Of a stretch of 64,000 nt of DNA, positions 13,269 to 25,240 are shown one piece after another. The stretch covers positions 96,844,001-96,908,000 of the forward strand of contig JANJGN010000021.1 in the NCBI GenBank assembly GCA_026770705.1, in the 5' to 3' direction. The notes below the pieces were generated by a model. It was not told where the DNA came from. It did not search any database and saw nothing but the letters and a program-made list of their open reading frames with translations. Both the position numbers and the translations under genes were made by a program. Source of the stretch: Isurus oxyrinchus. Its lineage: Eukaryota. How positions within the stretch are numbered: position 1 is the stretch's first letter; every line of letters starts with the position of its first letter.

Positions 13269-14356
13269 TTCCTGTCACTCAGCCAATTTTCTATCCATGC
13301 TGCTATGGTGCTTTTTGTTCCACGAGTTCTAACTTTGTTCACAAGGTCTGTTGTTTGGTACTTTACCAAATGCTTTTTGGAATTTCATGTACACCTGATT
13401 GTACAGCCAGTATTGTCCACATCAACACTCTCCTTTACCTCATCAAAAAACTCAAGCAAGTTAGTTAAACACGATTTTCTCTTAACACATCTGTGCTGGC
13501 TTTTCCTAACTAACCCATACTTTCACAAGTGACTCTTAATTTTATCCTTTCTCGAAGTGTCCCCACCAACGAGGATCAACTGACTGGCCTGTAGTTGCTG
13601 GGCTTATCTTTACTTCCTTTTTTTCTGCAGGGTTGTAACATTTGCTATTCTCTAATCCCGTGCTACCATCCCTGCGTTTAAGGAAGGCTGGAAAAGTATG
13701 GAAAAGTAATACCGTAGTTATGCCCTCTCTCCATGCATAAATCCTCTTTTTGGTCTCTAATCAGCTCTACTCCTCCTTTTACTGCTCTTTTACTATTTAT
13801 ATGCCTATCAAAGACTTATGGGCTCCGTTTTATGTTTGTTGCCAATCTATTCTTATACTGTCTCTTAGCTTTGCTCATTTGCTTTTTCAATTCCACTCTG
13901 AATCTTCTATGTGCGGCCTGGTTCTCGGATGTGTTATCCACCTGATATCTGTCATAAGCACACTTTTCCTTCTTCATGTTAATCTCTAACCTTTTTGTCA
14001 TCCAGGGAGCTCTGGATTTCTTTGTTCCATCTTTCCCCTTCGTCAGAATATATCTTGACTATCTCTGAATTATCTTTTCTTTAAAGGAAGCCCATTGTTC
14101 AGTTAGTCTTGTCTGCCAACCTTTGATTCCAATTTATCTGTGTCACATTGATTCTTACCCCATTGAAGTTTGCTTTCTCCCAGTTATTCTTATTTGGATT
14201 GTTTCATAGCCAACTTAAACCTTATGATAACTGTCCTCTAAACTGTCTCTTGCTGACACTTGATCCATTTGTCCAATGTCATTCTCATGAACCAGGTCTA
14301 GGAATACCTCTTTTCTTGTTGGACTGGGAACATACTGATGTAGAAAATTCTCCTTA

Positions 14357-15596
14357 TGTTACAACAAGTTATTGTTTAGCTGCTAAAAGGGGCAAGACTG
14401 CAAAGCTGATTGACTATAAGAATGGATTTGGGCCTAGAATGTTCTGAGGCATACAAATTAAGGTTAGATTGTTGTGAGGATGGTAGGGGCACTCTTCCCA
14501 TTGCTCAAGAGTTGCACATACTGGGTTAGAAGTAACTAGCGGTGTTGGTCCAAGTGCACATACTTGGACTAAATGTTGCAAAGCTACCTGCAGAAAGGGT
14601 ATAAAAATAGGGCTGCATCACTGAGGTCTTTGCACTCGTCACAGGTCACTTTCTGGGGGGCTTTTGGCAGAAGAGAGAGTGAGGAGTAGGGCACATGCGG
14701 AGAGAGCAATTGCCAGCAGTAGGGCACTTGCTACATTGCATTGGGCATTGTCAGTCGATGGGTATTTGTCATGGGTTGAAGGGTTGCCATAAGAATCAAG
14801 TAATTGGGTTAATTAGTGCCAAAAGTAACTGTCACAGTGCTGAGGATTTGCATAAGAATTCAGTATTAGAGATCAATGGATTCTGCATTGGCAGGGTTGC
14901 CAATTGCTTTAAAGCAATTGCTTTAAGAGTGTGATTATAAAACGTATAACCACTGGCTGCTGAAGAATCGTTCAGTCAGTTAAAGTCTAGCTTGGAAGAA
15001 TCAGTAAGGAAGTAGTTTAATGATTTTGGGAAAGAGAGAGAGAGAAAGCACTTAGTCAGCTGTGAAATTTGTAGCTCCAGCAGTTAAAGGTTGGCTGGAA
15101 GCTGGGGGTTGGAAAAGGATGCACTAGAGTTGTAGTCTTAAAGCTGCAAAGGGATTTGTATGCTTTTAGAATTAACTTGTCTGAGCTAAAATCTCAATGG
15201 ACATTGTGAGTCAAGAGACCAGGTTCAAGGAACCAAGAAAATATCCCAGAAGTTGCAGTATCCATGGGAAAGATAGAGCATCATACATTGACCTTGTGTG
15301 TTGTGCCATGCTTTGACTTATGAAATGTTAAGTATCTACCTTTACTGTCCAATTAAAACTTATAAGTTTGCATTCTAAGGCCAGAACTTTACGGCCACTC
15401 CCACTGGTGGGATTTTCTGGTCCTGGCGAAATCTACGGGCTATTGAACAGCTCACTGCGTTTTCAGGCTCTGCCTTCACTGTGATGGGGCCGTAAAATTC
15501 TGCCCTAAATTAGTGGTAGTCCTTTTTGCCAATATGGTTATTCCTTGACAAGAATGTTCTTAATCTGGTGTTTAGAATAGAGTCTAATTCCTTACA
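14357..15596 (+). mobile_element. probable solo LTR
   Basis: Non-coding 1.24 kb block interrupting a CR1, with TGT...ACA termini and TATAAAA at ~14599. No clean TSD. Confidence 0.5.
15379..15505. mobile_element. PIF/Harbinger-type MITE
   Basis: 18-bp TIRs (ggccagaactttacggcc / ggccgtaaaattctgccc, 16/18 match) with TAA target-site duplication at 15376-15378 and 15506-15508. Confidence 0.8.
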
Positions 15597-16284
15597 CTAT
15601 ATTCGGATAACCACTCTATAATTCTTGCGCCTCAAAAATTTGTACCTCTACATTTTCCCCACTAGGTATAGACTACATCGAGCTATCTAATTGCACATTT
15701 TTGTTCCTTTGTGTTAGCCAATAGATGCTATCTTGAGCCCTCTAGGATATCCTCTCTCTCCAGCACTGCAACGTTCTCCTTAATTAATATTGCAACCTTT
15801 CCCACCTTCCTTCCTTTCCTATCTTTCCTGAACACCTTGCATCCAAGAATATCTAACCCCCAGTCTAGTTGCTCTTTGAGTCAGGTGTCCATTATTGCGA
15901 CATCATGTGGCTATCTGCACCTGCAACTCACCAATCTTATTTACCATACTATGCACATTTACATACGTGCATAGTAACCCTAACTTAGACTATATTATTT
16001 TCTCTCTTATGTTGGACACACCTAATACCTTCCTATTTCTTATTCTGGTGCTATCTCTCTCTCCCAATATTCTGTGCACCTTGGTAGACCTCCCTAGTAT
16101 TACCTCCCAGTTCCCACACCCTGCCAAGTAAGTTTAAACCCTAGCACTAGCAAATTCTCATGCAATGAAATTGGTGCTGGCTCCATTGGAAATACTCAGC
16201 AAGCCAGGCAGTATCTGTGGAGAAAGAAACATAGTTAACATTTCAGGTCGTTAATCTTCCGTCACTCTACAATAAAGCACTTAC

Positions 16285-16510
16285 CAACAGCCGCTAAATA
16301 ATGGTGGTGCAGTTTCCACAATTCCCTGCACCTCAGAAACCTTTCTATCCAACTGGCTCATTTCTCTGGCCACTGAGAATGCACATGCTCCCCAGGGTCA
16401 ACTTTGGGGCTTTCTGGGCGGTGCCTTTGTTGTGATTCAGTCTCGGTGTAAACTGGAAAAGAAACTAGGAAACGATGGGTAGAATGGGCGCTGCACCATC
16501 GGGTTAATGG
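16285..16510 (+). promoter_or_regulatory. paralogous, CpG-decayed promoter of the plus-strand ZNF pseudogene
   Basis: TCCACAATTCCCTGCACCTC (16315-16334) and GAATGCACATGCTC. Inverted homolog of 10090-10300, including the adjacent Penelope tail. Confidence 0.45.
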
Positions 16511-18141
16511 TGTCTCCATCCCTGGTCTGTATAAATTGCATCCATACATTTTTAGACACTGTAAGAGAAGAGAAAGCAGAGGCATTAATACGGATATTTA
16601 ATAATTAATTGGAGAAAGGTGTAATGCTAGGAGGCAGGCAGATAGCTAACGCTATGACTATTTTTAGGATGGGAGATAGTTTCCTAGACAGCTTCTATAG
16701 ACCATTCAACATAATGCAAGGAAATATAATGAAATATTTGTTAAGGAAGGAAACAGAAAACAATTTCAAACCAAAAATTATAGTAATGAATAGTCAACAT
16801 GAGTTTCAATAGGGCAACTCTTACTTGACCACCCTCACTGAATTGTTTGAAGACATAATAGAGACAGAAGACAAGGGTAATGCAGTAGATTAAATTTATC
16901 TAGATTTTCAAGTGGCTTTAGATAAGGTGCTCCATAATGTATTGGGCCAGATAATGGGGGGTTGAGAGACACATAGCAGAATTGATGGTGAGCTGGTTTC
17001 AAGACAGGAAGCAGAGAATAACAGTAAAGTATAGGAGCATAAGAGAAAGCTAGCTAGATTATAAAAATAGATATTAAGAGTTCTTACAGGTGTTTAAAAA
17101 GGAAAAGCATAACTAAAATGAGCATTGGTTCTCTAGAGAGTGAGTCTGGGAATTAATAATGGAAAGTAAGGAAATGGCAGATGCATTGAACAAATATTTT
17201 GTGCCTGTCTCCAGAGCAGAAGACACAAATAACATCCCAGAAGTAACTGTAAATCAAGAGTTGAAATGGAGGGAAGAACTTAAAAAAATTAAAATAACCA
17301 GGGAAAGGGTGCTGAGAAATTTATTAGAACCAAAGGCTATCATGTCCCCAGATCCTGATGGACTTCATGCTAGGGTCTTAAATGATGTGGGTGCTGAGTT
17401 AGTAGAGGGATTGGTTTTCACTGTCTAAAATTCCTTAGATTCTGGAAAGGTCCCATCAGTTTGGAAAATAGCAAATGTAACACCTCTATTCAAGAAAGGA
17501 AGGAGACAGAAGCAGGCAACTACAGGCCAGTTAGACTAACATATCATAGGAAAATTGCTGGAATCTATTCTGAAGGAGGTTATAGCAGAGCACTTAGAAA
17601 ATATGAATGCAATCAAGCAGAGTCAGCATGGTTTTGTGAAAAGGAAATAGTATTTGACTAATTTACTTGAGTTCATTGTGGAAATAACAAGCAATGTGGA
17701 AAAAAGGGAACCTGCAGCTGTGGTGTTCCTGGTCGTGCCACATGGAAGCTTACTCCACAAAATTGCAGTTCATGGTGTAGTGGGTAACATATCAGCATCA
17801 ATAAAAGATGGTTAGCTAACAAGAAGCAAAGCGTACGGGATAAAGGAGTCATGTTTGGGTTGGCAAGATGTAACCAGTGCAGTGGCAGAGGGATTACTGC
17901 TAATCTCTCAACTATTTACAATCTATATCGATGACTTGGATGAAGGGACCGAGTGCATGGTTGCAAAATTTGCTGATGACACAAAGATAGGTAGGACAGT
18001 TAGTTATGAAGAGAACGTAAGGAGTCTGCAGAGGGATATAGATAGGTTAAGTGAGTGGGCAGTATAATGTGGGAAAATGTGAACTTGAGCACTTTGGCAG
18101 GAATAGAAAACTGTATATTATCTAAATGGAGAGAGAGATTG

Positions 18142-18449
18142 AGTATTGCTGAAGAAAGACATTTTGTCAAAGCTTTTCATTTTGCACTCATCAGGACAAT
18201 CAAAGATCTGTCTGCCAGGAGCAGGGCCCTGTGTAATAATATATGTAGCTTCCAGTACATGCAAATGTACCACATTGGGCCTGACTGACACTCCTGAATT
18301 GGTTGTGAGCGTAATTTTTAGCTCACTGAGGATTATTTGGCAAATGTTGTCCAATCGCAGAATCACATCAGATGTTGGACACTGTGTTTTGACTTTTGCA
18401 AGCATGGGCTGGTTGGGTAGTCTGTACCTTGCCCGTTGCAAACAGCAAA
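18142..18449 (-). mobile_element. short Penelope-like insertion with hammerhead motif
   Basis: 10-bp TSD AGAGAGATTG (18132-18141, 18450-18459). HLHVLEATYIITQGP C-terminal coding remnant. Confidence 0.75.
18164..18199 (-). ncRNA. minimal type I hammerhead ribozyme motif (near-intact)
   Basis: ttgtc-CTGATGA-gt gcaaa at-GAAA-agct-TT-gacaa: 5-bp stem I, conserved core, palindromic loop III. The G10.1-C11.1 pair has decayed to G-U. Confidence 0.6.
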
Positions 18450-18688
18450 AGAGAGATTGCAGAATTCTGCTGTATAGAGGTTTTGATACTTGAATCACAA
18501 AAAGTTAGCATACATATGGAGCAAGTGATCAGGAAGGCAAATGGAAAGTTGTTGTTTATTACAAGGGGAATGCAATGTAAAAGTAGAGGTGTTTTGCTAT
18601 AATTATACATGACATTGGTGAGACCACATCCAGAGTACGGTGTACAGTTTTGGTCACTTTATTTAAGGAAGGATATAACTGCATTAGA

Positions 18689-18830
18689 GGCTTGGCCTAA
18701 ATAGCCAAGTGCTTATGGTACTGGGCTTGCAACCCCAAGATCAAGAGTTCAAACCTCACAATGGCAAACTATGAAACAATGTAACTTCTTCTATAGGAAC
18801 AGATGGAAACATGTTTGTACTCGAAAGAGT
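18689..18830 (+). mobile_element. tRNA-derived SINE (142 bp)
   Basis: Perfect 15-bp TSD TATAACTGCATTAGA (18674-18688, 18831-18845). A-box TAGCCAAGTGC, anticodon-like arm, B-box GAGTTCAAACC. Confidence 0.8.
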
Positions 18831-19699
18831 TATAACTGCATTAGAAACAGTGCAGAAACGGCTCACTTGGCTGATTGCTGGCATGAAGGAGTTGTCTTAT
18901 GAGGAAAGGTTGGATAGCTTGGGTCTTTCGCCATTGGAGTTTAGAAGAATGAGAGGTGATCTATATAAAATCCCGAGGGGACTTGCCAGGCTGCATGCTG
19001 AAAGGGCGATTCCCCTTGTGGGAGGGACCAGAACTAGGGAAGACAGTTTAAAAATGAGATGTCTCCCATTTAGGAAGGTGAGGAGAATTTTTTTTGCTCA
19101 GGTTGTTTCTGATGAATTCTCTTCCCCAGAGAGCAGAATATTTTTAAGAAAGATTCTTGATTGACAGGGGAGTCAAAATGTATAAGTGGGTACACAGGAA
19201 AGTGGGATTGAGGCCACAGTCAGACCACATGATCTTATCAAATGGCAGAGCAGACTGGAGGGCCGAATGACACACTGCTGCTCCTATTTCACATATTCAT
19301 GTATTTTCGTAAAGGATAACAGTTCAGGGTGGCAGGAAGTGGAATGTTGAAACACACAAAAACACAATTTGTAAATGTGCAGAAGACACAAATTGACAGG
19401 GTTAGCCATTACAGAGGAGAACTGAAATAAATTACAAGGGACATTAATAAACTTGCAGAATGGTATATATAATTGTCAAATAAATTTCAACACAGCTAAG
19501 TGAGAGATATTACATCCTGGTAACTAAATGAGGTCACAGATTATTTGGAAATAAAAGTCCAAATGTCGTAGAAGAGAAAAGAGATCTGGGAGAACAAATA
19601 TATAAAGCAGTAAAAAAAAAATGCTGTTTATTTTTAGAGGGTAGAAATGAAAAGTAGAATAGTTAAGCAAACATTGTATCGAAGTTACACATGAAGTAC

Positions 19700-19890
19700 A
19701 GACAAAAATTCATGAACATTCAGACACCAAATCCAGGGGCCATTACACTGGGACACCAAATGCAGGACCCACTTAGACTAAGATAGCACATCCAGAGCCC
19801 AAAAGCACCGAGATACCAAATTCATTGAACACTTATAGTGTGACACCAAATCCAGAGACTACTGAAACTGAGACACAAATCCATGGATTT
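19700..19890. repeat. ~29-30 bp degenerate minisatellite
   Basis: Repeated gacaccaaatccag core, ~6 copies. Confidence 0.65.
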
Positions 19891-20935
19891 ATACCAAACA
19901 GGGTGGTGCTGGTCTCTGCTCATCTTCCTGAAGCTGCACCACAAATGATCCACACTGACAGGTGGTCCTGGGGGGCTCTGGAGCCTTCAGATGCCTGCTT
20001 GTTTGTGGCAGTTCTGAAGGAAATAGGCTATATTCTACTATGCGGTGCACTATGGGTAGAATTTACATAATTTATATGCAATATTACAGACAGAATTAGT
20101 TCATGCACCATTTTAGAAAATTTGAATAGTATAGAACACTGAACATTATTCACTTCCATTCCCCACAAGTGTTGGGAAACTCAATGTATTAATGGCGAGA
20201 TTCACTTGCTTGGATTTTAAATTGTTTTGTTTATAAATTGAATCATGTTTCTCCAGTTTTTTTCCCCCAATTCAGATTCATGGCCTCATTTTTTTCTTGC
20301 TCTGCACCTCAAATGGAGGTTTTGCAAATAGTGATCGATTGCCCTGTGAGCCATCAGGAAGACAGCACAGAGGCTGGGAGGCCAAGGGTGCAACGTGTTC
20401 TGCAATCAATGACAGTGCTTGAGAGTTGGAACCTGAGTTGGTCAGTCTGGTGAGCCAGTTGAACCCCTGTTAAACAAGTTATCTTTTAAAATTTAATGGT
20501 GGTTTTTTTTGTCAACAAAACAGTTTAATATTTGTCAAGATTTTCTTTTCCTGGAATTCTTGTTATGTTTGTCTTGATGGCAGTTTTGGACTGATTATGC
20601 TCATCAACTGAGGATACTGGATTAACCTTCCAACATTTACTATTGCAGTTCATGCATGTGTTGGGTCACATATTTGACTGAAAGTGGTAAGTGAAGAACT
20701 GAACTCAGCCAGAGTCAGCACCCTCAGGTGAGGGAGAGAAGTCAACTGCAAGGAAAAATAATCAAGATGACATGATGGGTTTGGATTTCAGAACAAGAAG
20801 TGAGAGAGAGAGAGAGAGAGAGTGAGAGACAGGAAGGAACAAGAGAGGAAAGAATGTTCCATAGAAACTAGAATTGTCTGTTTTGAATTTCTATCTTACA
20901 TTTTCAGTGATGGCTTTTGTAAACTCCTTTTGAAG

Positions 20936-21422
20936 GATCTTAGGAGGGGGAGATTGCTGATGGGAAACACAAACAAAAGTTTAGCAAAGCTACTCAATTC
21001 ATCGGGACCTGAATAAAATCAGCCGTTGAATTTGGAAGGAGAAATTTGGTCTGTTTTTTTTGTGGAAAAAGATTTCAAACATCTGTGTGACTGGACAAGC
21101 ACTGTGGCATACACACTAGTGTGAAAGCGTTGCAGTGTACTGACTGTGTAGTAAAGAGCTGTAAATCAGTTACACAGCTTGAAATAACATTGCCTCATTC
21201 GTAGCGAGGAGAAACTGTAAATGTGTTTTCTGTGTGGATTCAGCTTCAACTGCATGTTCATCCTGGTGACAGGGACACCACCACCATGGAGAAACCATAG
21301 AAATATGGGGACTGTGGGAAGGAATTCAATTAACCGTTCAAGGAGCGGAGAGACCATTCACCTGTGCCATGTTTGAGAAGGGATTCATTCAGTTATCTAC
21401 CCTGTTGGCACACCAGTGAGTT
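20936..21422 (+). pseudogene. C2H2 zinc-finger pseudogene, inverted paralog of the 7985-8946 exon
   Basis: Same acceptor context. ATG at 21286 reads MEKP* (TGG>TAG at 21298), then KYGDCGKEFN*, a deletion, and GERPFTCAMFEKGFIQLSTLLAHQ*V. Truncated by L2. Confidence 0.8.
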
Positions 21423-21790
21423 ATTTTGCACTTTTTAAAGCATCCCAAACATCCCAAGGTGCTTCACAGGAACATTTATGAGAATTTGACATTGAGTGCT
21501 GTAGGGATATATTAGGAGATCTGAGGTAAGTTTTAAGGATGCTCTTAAAGGTGGCGGAGTTTAGGGAGCGAACTAAGAAGATTAGGGACTTGGCAGCTGA
21601 AAGCACAGCAGCAAATGGTGAAGGGAAGGACATTTGGGATATGAAACAAACTAGAGGAGCTCAGGGATCCTAAAGTGTTGTAAGGCTGGAGGAAGTGAAA
21701 GAGAAAGGGAGGGGGAAGGCCATGAAGGAACTTAAAGATGAGTAAGGGAACTGTAAAGCTGCATAAGTTTCCAGGGAGGAGTGAGGCCAA
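21423..21790 (-). mobile_element. L2 LINE 3' end
   Basis: LLIFKFLHGLPPPFL...SATFKSILKTYL C-terminus and a tgtgaagcaccttgggatg tail. Confidence 0.7.
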
Positions 21791-22639
21791 TAAGGAATTT
21801 GAACATGAGGAGGAAAATACTAAAAACAAGACTTTGCCAGACTTGCAACTAACATTTGTATCACACCAACAGACACTTACTCTTTGGTGTTTGGCATAAA
21901 GGAAGAGAAAACAGTGATGTGGAGAAGCTATCAGGTTCACAGTGGCAGCTGATTTTGCCGAGTCCTCCTGTCAGCTCACAGGATCAAATGGGAAAAGCTG
22001 GAAGGAACAGAGAAAGATATTACAACAGAATATGGATAATCGCACAATTCCCTCCCTTGCATGAATCAACAATTGTTGATTTCTCCCAAAATCAAGTTGC
22101 AGGCCAAAAGAGAAACAGATAAATAATTGAATTGGGGGAGGGGATGATTTTTTTTTGGTTTATACTGCAAATTCTTATGGCTTGGTTTGCACTGCCTGAA
22201 TAAGGAAGAAGCAGACTTCAGAAGGAAATCTGATAAATACCTGAAACGGAAATATTTACTGGGTTATGAGGATAGGGAGAAGGACTGTTTGGATTGTTCT
22301 TTCAGAGAGCTGGCACAAGCAAAACGGGCCGAATAGCCTCCTTTTGTGCTGTATCATTTTATGATCTACTGGGAGGTGGCAGCTGGTCACCGGCTGAGCT
22401 GAGCTGGTACACCGGGCACTGCGAGGGTAGAAATTCAGGGGGAACCCCAGTAACCCACCATCCCGTTCTCTCCTGATTCTAAGATTGAAAGTGATGACCA
22501 GCCAACTGGATTAAGGGATAAGGAGCAAAGGCAGCTGAATCGGGTTGAATCAAAGATCAGCCATGATCCCACTGTGGTACAAGCTCGATGGGCTGAATGT
22601 CCTCCTCCTATTTCTGCGCTCCTGTTAACAACCCTCACA

Positions 22640-23025
22640 TCATCACCCTCGGCAATTGTGACCTCACAAAGGCCGGGGTCACGGGTTCACCGCCTTTGCC
22701 GCCGGGACCCAAGGTCGGAGGTGGTGCTGCCCCACGCCGCGCCTGTCCCAGGCCCGCTGACTCGGCTGCTCCCGGTTACGAACCAGCCACCGTAGACGTT
22801 GACCTCAGCCTAGGCCTCGCCCGCCCACAACAGCATCCCAAGGCCCAGGACAGCCCCCACCCACCCGAAACCACGATCACCAGCCTCACAACAGGCCTCA
22901 GCCCGTTGCTGAAGCAAAGCTGCTTCGTGACAGAAAGACGCATGCGCGGCCTCTCCGCGATTTACGGGCTAGGGCGTCAGCGCGTGACGCGTGACGCATG
23001 ATATAATGGGCGGCAGCTGCCCGGG
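22640..23025. promoter_or_regulatory. CpG island / housekeeping-type promoter (no assigned gene)
   Basis: Dense CpG in an otherwise CpG-depleted window. NRF1 site ACGCATGCGC (22938-22947) and three CRE-like TGACGC half-sites (22974-22997). Possible minus-strand donor GTGGGT at 22859-22864. Confidence 0.65.
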
Positions 23026-25038
23026 AGAGAGAGAGAGAGATGAAGAGAGATGTCAATCAAAGAAACCGTAATGATTGCGTATCTGGATTTGAGGATTTTC
23101 TTTCAATGCAAAATCTGGAACATACTTCAATAGAAACAGAAAAGACCCGAAAAGAAAATATTTGTAAATGAAATAATTTCAAATAAGAGCAGAGGCCTTC
23201 GAAGAAGAAATAGAAAAGCAAAGGGAAAACAGGAAAGAGAGTATACAAAATGCTGCAGAGGAAGTACAGTATTGCCAAAACGCAAAAGGAACTAAAGGAG
23301 CAAGACCAGATGACAGATGAGATACTAGCAATGATGATAGAAAGGTGAAAGATATGAAACGAACCTGAGTATGACGAAATTGAAAAGAAAATAAATGCTT
23401 GTAGGGAAGCTAAAGATATTTGAAGTATTGGAGCTGGAAAGGAAGCACAAAATGGGAGCTGTGCAGGTGAAATCTTTGACAGATAGAAATAGATAACAAC
23501 AGATAGTGAGTGTATAAAAGACAAAAAATGGCAAAATATTGTTTGAAAAGGAAGCCGTCGCAGGAAATGGACAGAATATATAATTGTATAATGATCTAAA
23601 TCGTAGGATCCCTCAAGATATAGAGACAAACGATAGACCAAACATTATGATATCAGAGGTGAGAGAATGCTTTGAAATTGATGAGTACAGGGATCTCCAG
23701 ACTTGGATGAATAACAAAGTAAAAGCCCTTTGAGAAACAAATGGAAGAGGTAACAGAAATGTGATCGAACATATTGCACACAATGCATTGCAAGTGACTT
23801 AAGATGTTCATTATTCATTAAGTCACCTAAGAAATCTAAAGCAATGGAGTGCGATCATTTTAGAAAGTGTCATCTCTTAAGTGACCTTGGAAACATAACA
23901 AAAAAAAAATGTTTGAAGTGAAAATTGGTGAAAGACAATCTGGTTGGACCTGAAGTAGGAACAAAATTTAACCAAAAGCCATACTTGACAAATATTTCCA
24001 TATATTTCATAGATTATAACAACACATTTGTCATGTTTATTGCCTAAAGCTAATGGACGTGCTGCTGAAATTTGTAACAATGCGAGATTTATCCTGAGTC
24101 TATATTGGGACCAATTAGCCAGCATCTGTCTAGAAAATGGATAATCAGATATCTTTCAAGTGAAGAGAGGAGTATTGTTGCCACAATCATTCAGTCTGTA
24201 CGCAGAACAAATATTCAGCATTAGATGTACTTTAAGGAGTAAAAATTGTAGGCAAGAACATAACCAACTTGCAATACTCTGACAACACAGTGTCACTTGT
24301 CAAATCAGAAACCGTACAAAATATCATACAACAAGTGAAATCTGGAATTTAGAATCTGCAAAAAGATGACAACAACAGTTGGTAGAAGGAAGACATTATA
24401 TTTAAGTGGAGGGTGTCACACTGGAACAAGTAGGTAGGTTTGTCTACTTAGGACAAATGATAACAAGATGGTAGATGTGATGCCAAAGTCAGAACAAAGA
24501 TAGAGATAGCCAGAAGTAATTTTGTGAAGGTGGAGGATGTGTTAACAACAAGAAAACTCAAGCTTGCAATAAAGAAAAAAATCATAGCATGGTATATTCT
24601 ATTCACTTTCCTGTATGTGCCAGAAACCTGGGCAATAAATCAAGATCTGTGGAGGAAAATAGAGCCCTTTGAAATGTGGATGCTGAGACATATCCTTAAT
24701 ATTCCATATACAGACCATAATATAAATGAATCATAGAAAATGTATGGCACAGAAAGAGGCCACTTTACCCACTAAGTCTGCGCCAGCCAAAAAATGAACT
24801 ACCTGCTTTCCCATTTTCCGGCATTTTGTCCATAGCCCTGCAGGTTATAGCACTTGAGGTGCTTATCCAGAAACCTTTTAATTGAGTTGAACATTTTTGC
24901 CTCTGCTACTTCTTCAGGCAGTGAGCTCCAAACCCCTACTACACTCTAGTTGAAAAAAAATCCTCATCTCCCTTCTAACTTTTCTACCAATCACTATAGA
25001 TCAATGCCTCCTAGTCACTGACCTCTCTGCTAAGGTAA

Positions 25039-25240
25039 GAGGAGTGTGAGAGGAGGACTGTGGGACAGGAGGTCAGTAGCACCTAGAGAAGAGTGCAAGA
25101 GGAGGATCCTGGGACAGGGCAGTTAGCAGCACCTAGAGGACAGTGTGAGAGGAGGACCCTGAAACAGGCAGTCAGCAGTACCTAGAGGAGAGTGCGAGAG
25201 AAGGACCCTGGGACAGCCAGCAGCACCTGGAGGAGAGCAG
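25039..25240 (+). repeat. four ~50-54 bp tandem monomers in the CR1 5' UTR
   Basis: Repeated gaggag(a)gtgtgagaggaggaccctgggacagg...agcagcaccta unit, followed by TATAAAA at ~25247. Confidence 0.75.

Larger units (their letters stand above)
11250..16185 (-). mobile_element. CR1 LINE (ORF2 EN-RT, decayed), interrupted by nested inserts
   Basis: GIPQGLVLGHLLFPMYINAL...KFVNDTK and RLEKLGLFSTEKRRL motifs. The element resumes colinearly after each insert. Confidence 0.8.
16600..19700 (+). mobile_element. older CR1 fragment with a younger CR1 (~17030-19308) nested inside
   Basis: RT motifs (LFTIYIDDLDEG...AKFADDTK) and a CR1 3' tail. GTAAAG flanks the inner copy. Confidence 0.75.

Noticed and set aside
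20158-20195. ccccacaagtgttgggaaactc resembling U1 snRNA stem-loop III
   Set aside because: Similarity is short and gapped, and the rest of U1 is absent.
23057-23641. 194-aa hydrophobic ORF resembling a membrane protein
   Set aside because: Antisense reading of an A-rich RTE LINE.
25039-25240. Regularly spaced repeats as a possible CRISPR array (also 7330-7490, 19700-19890, 39300-39817)
   Set aside because: Head-to-tail degenerate tandems without unique spacers, no cas genes, vertebrate context.
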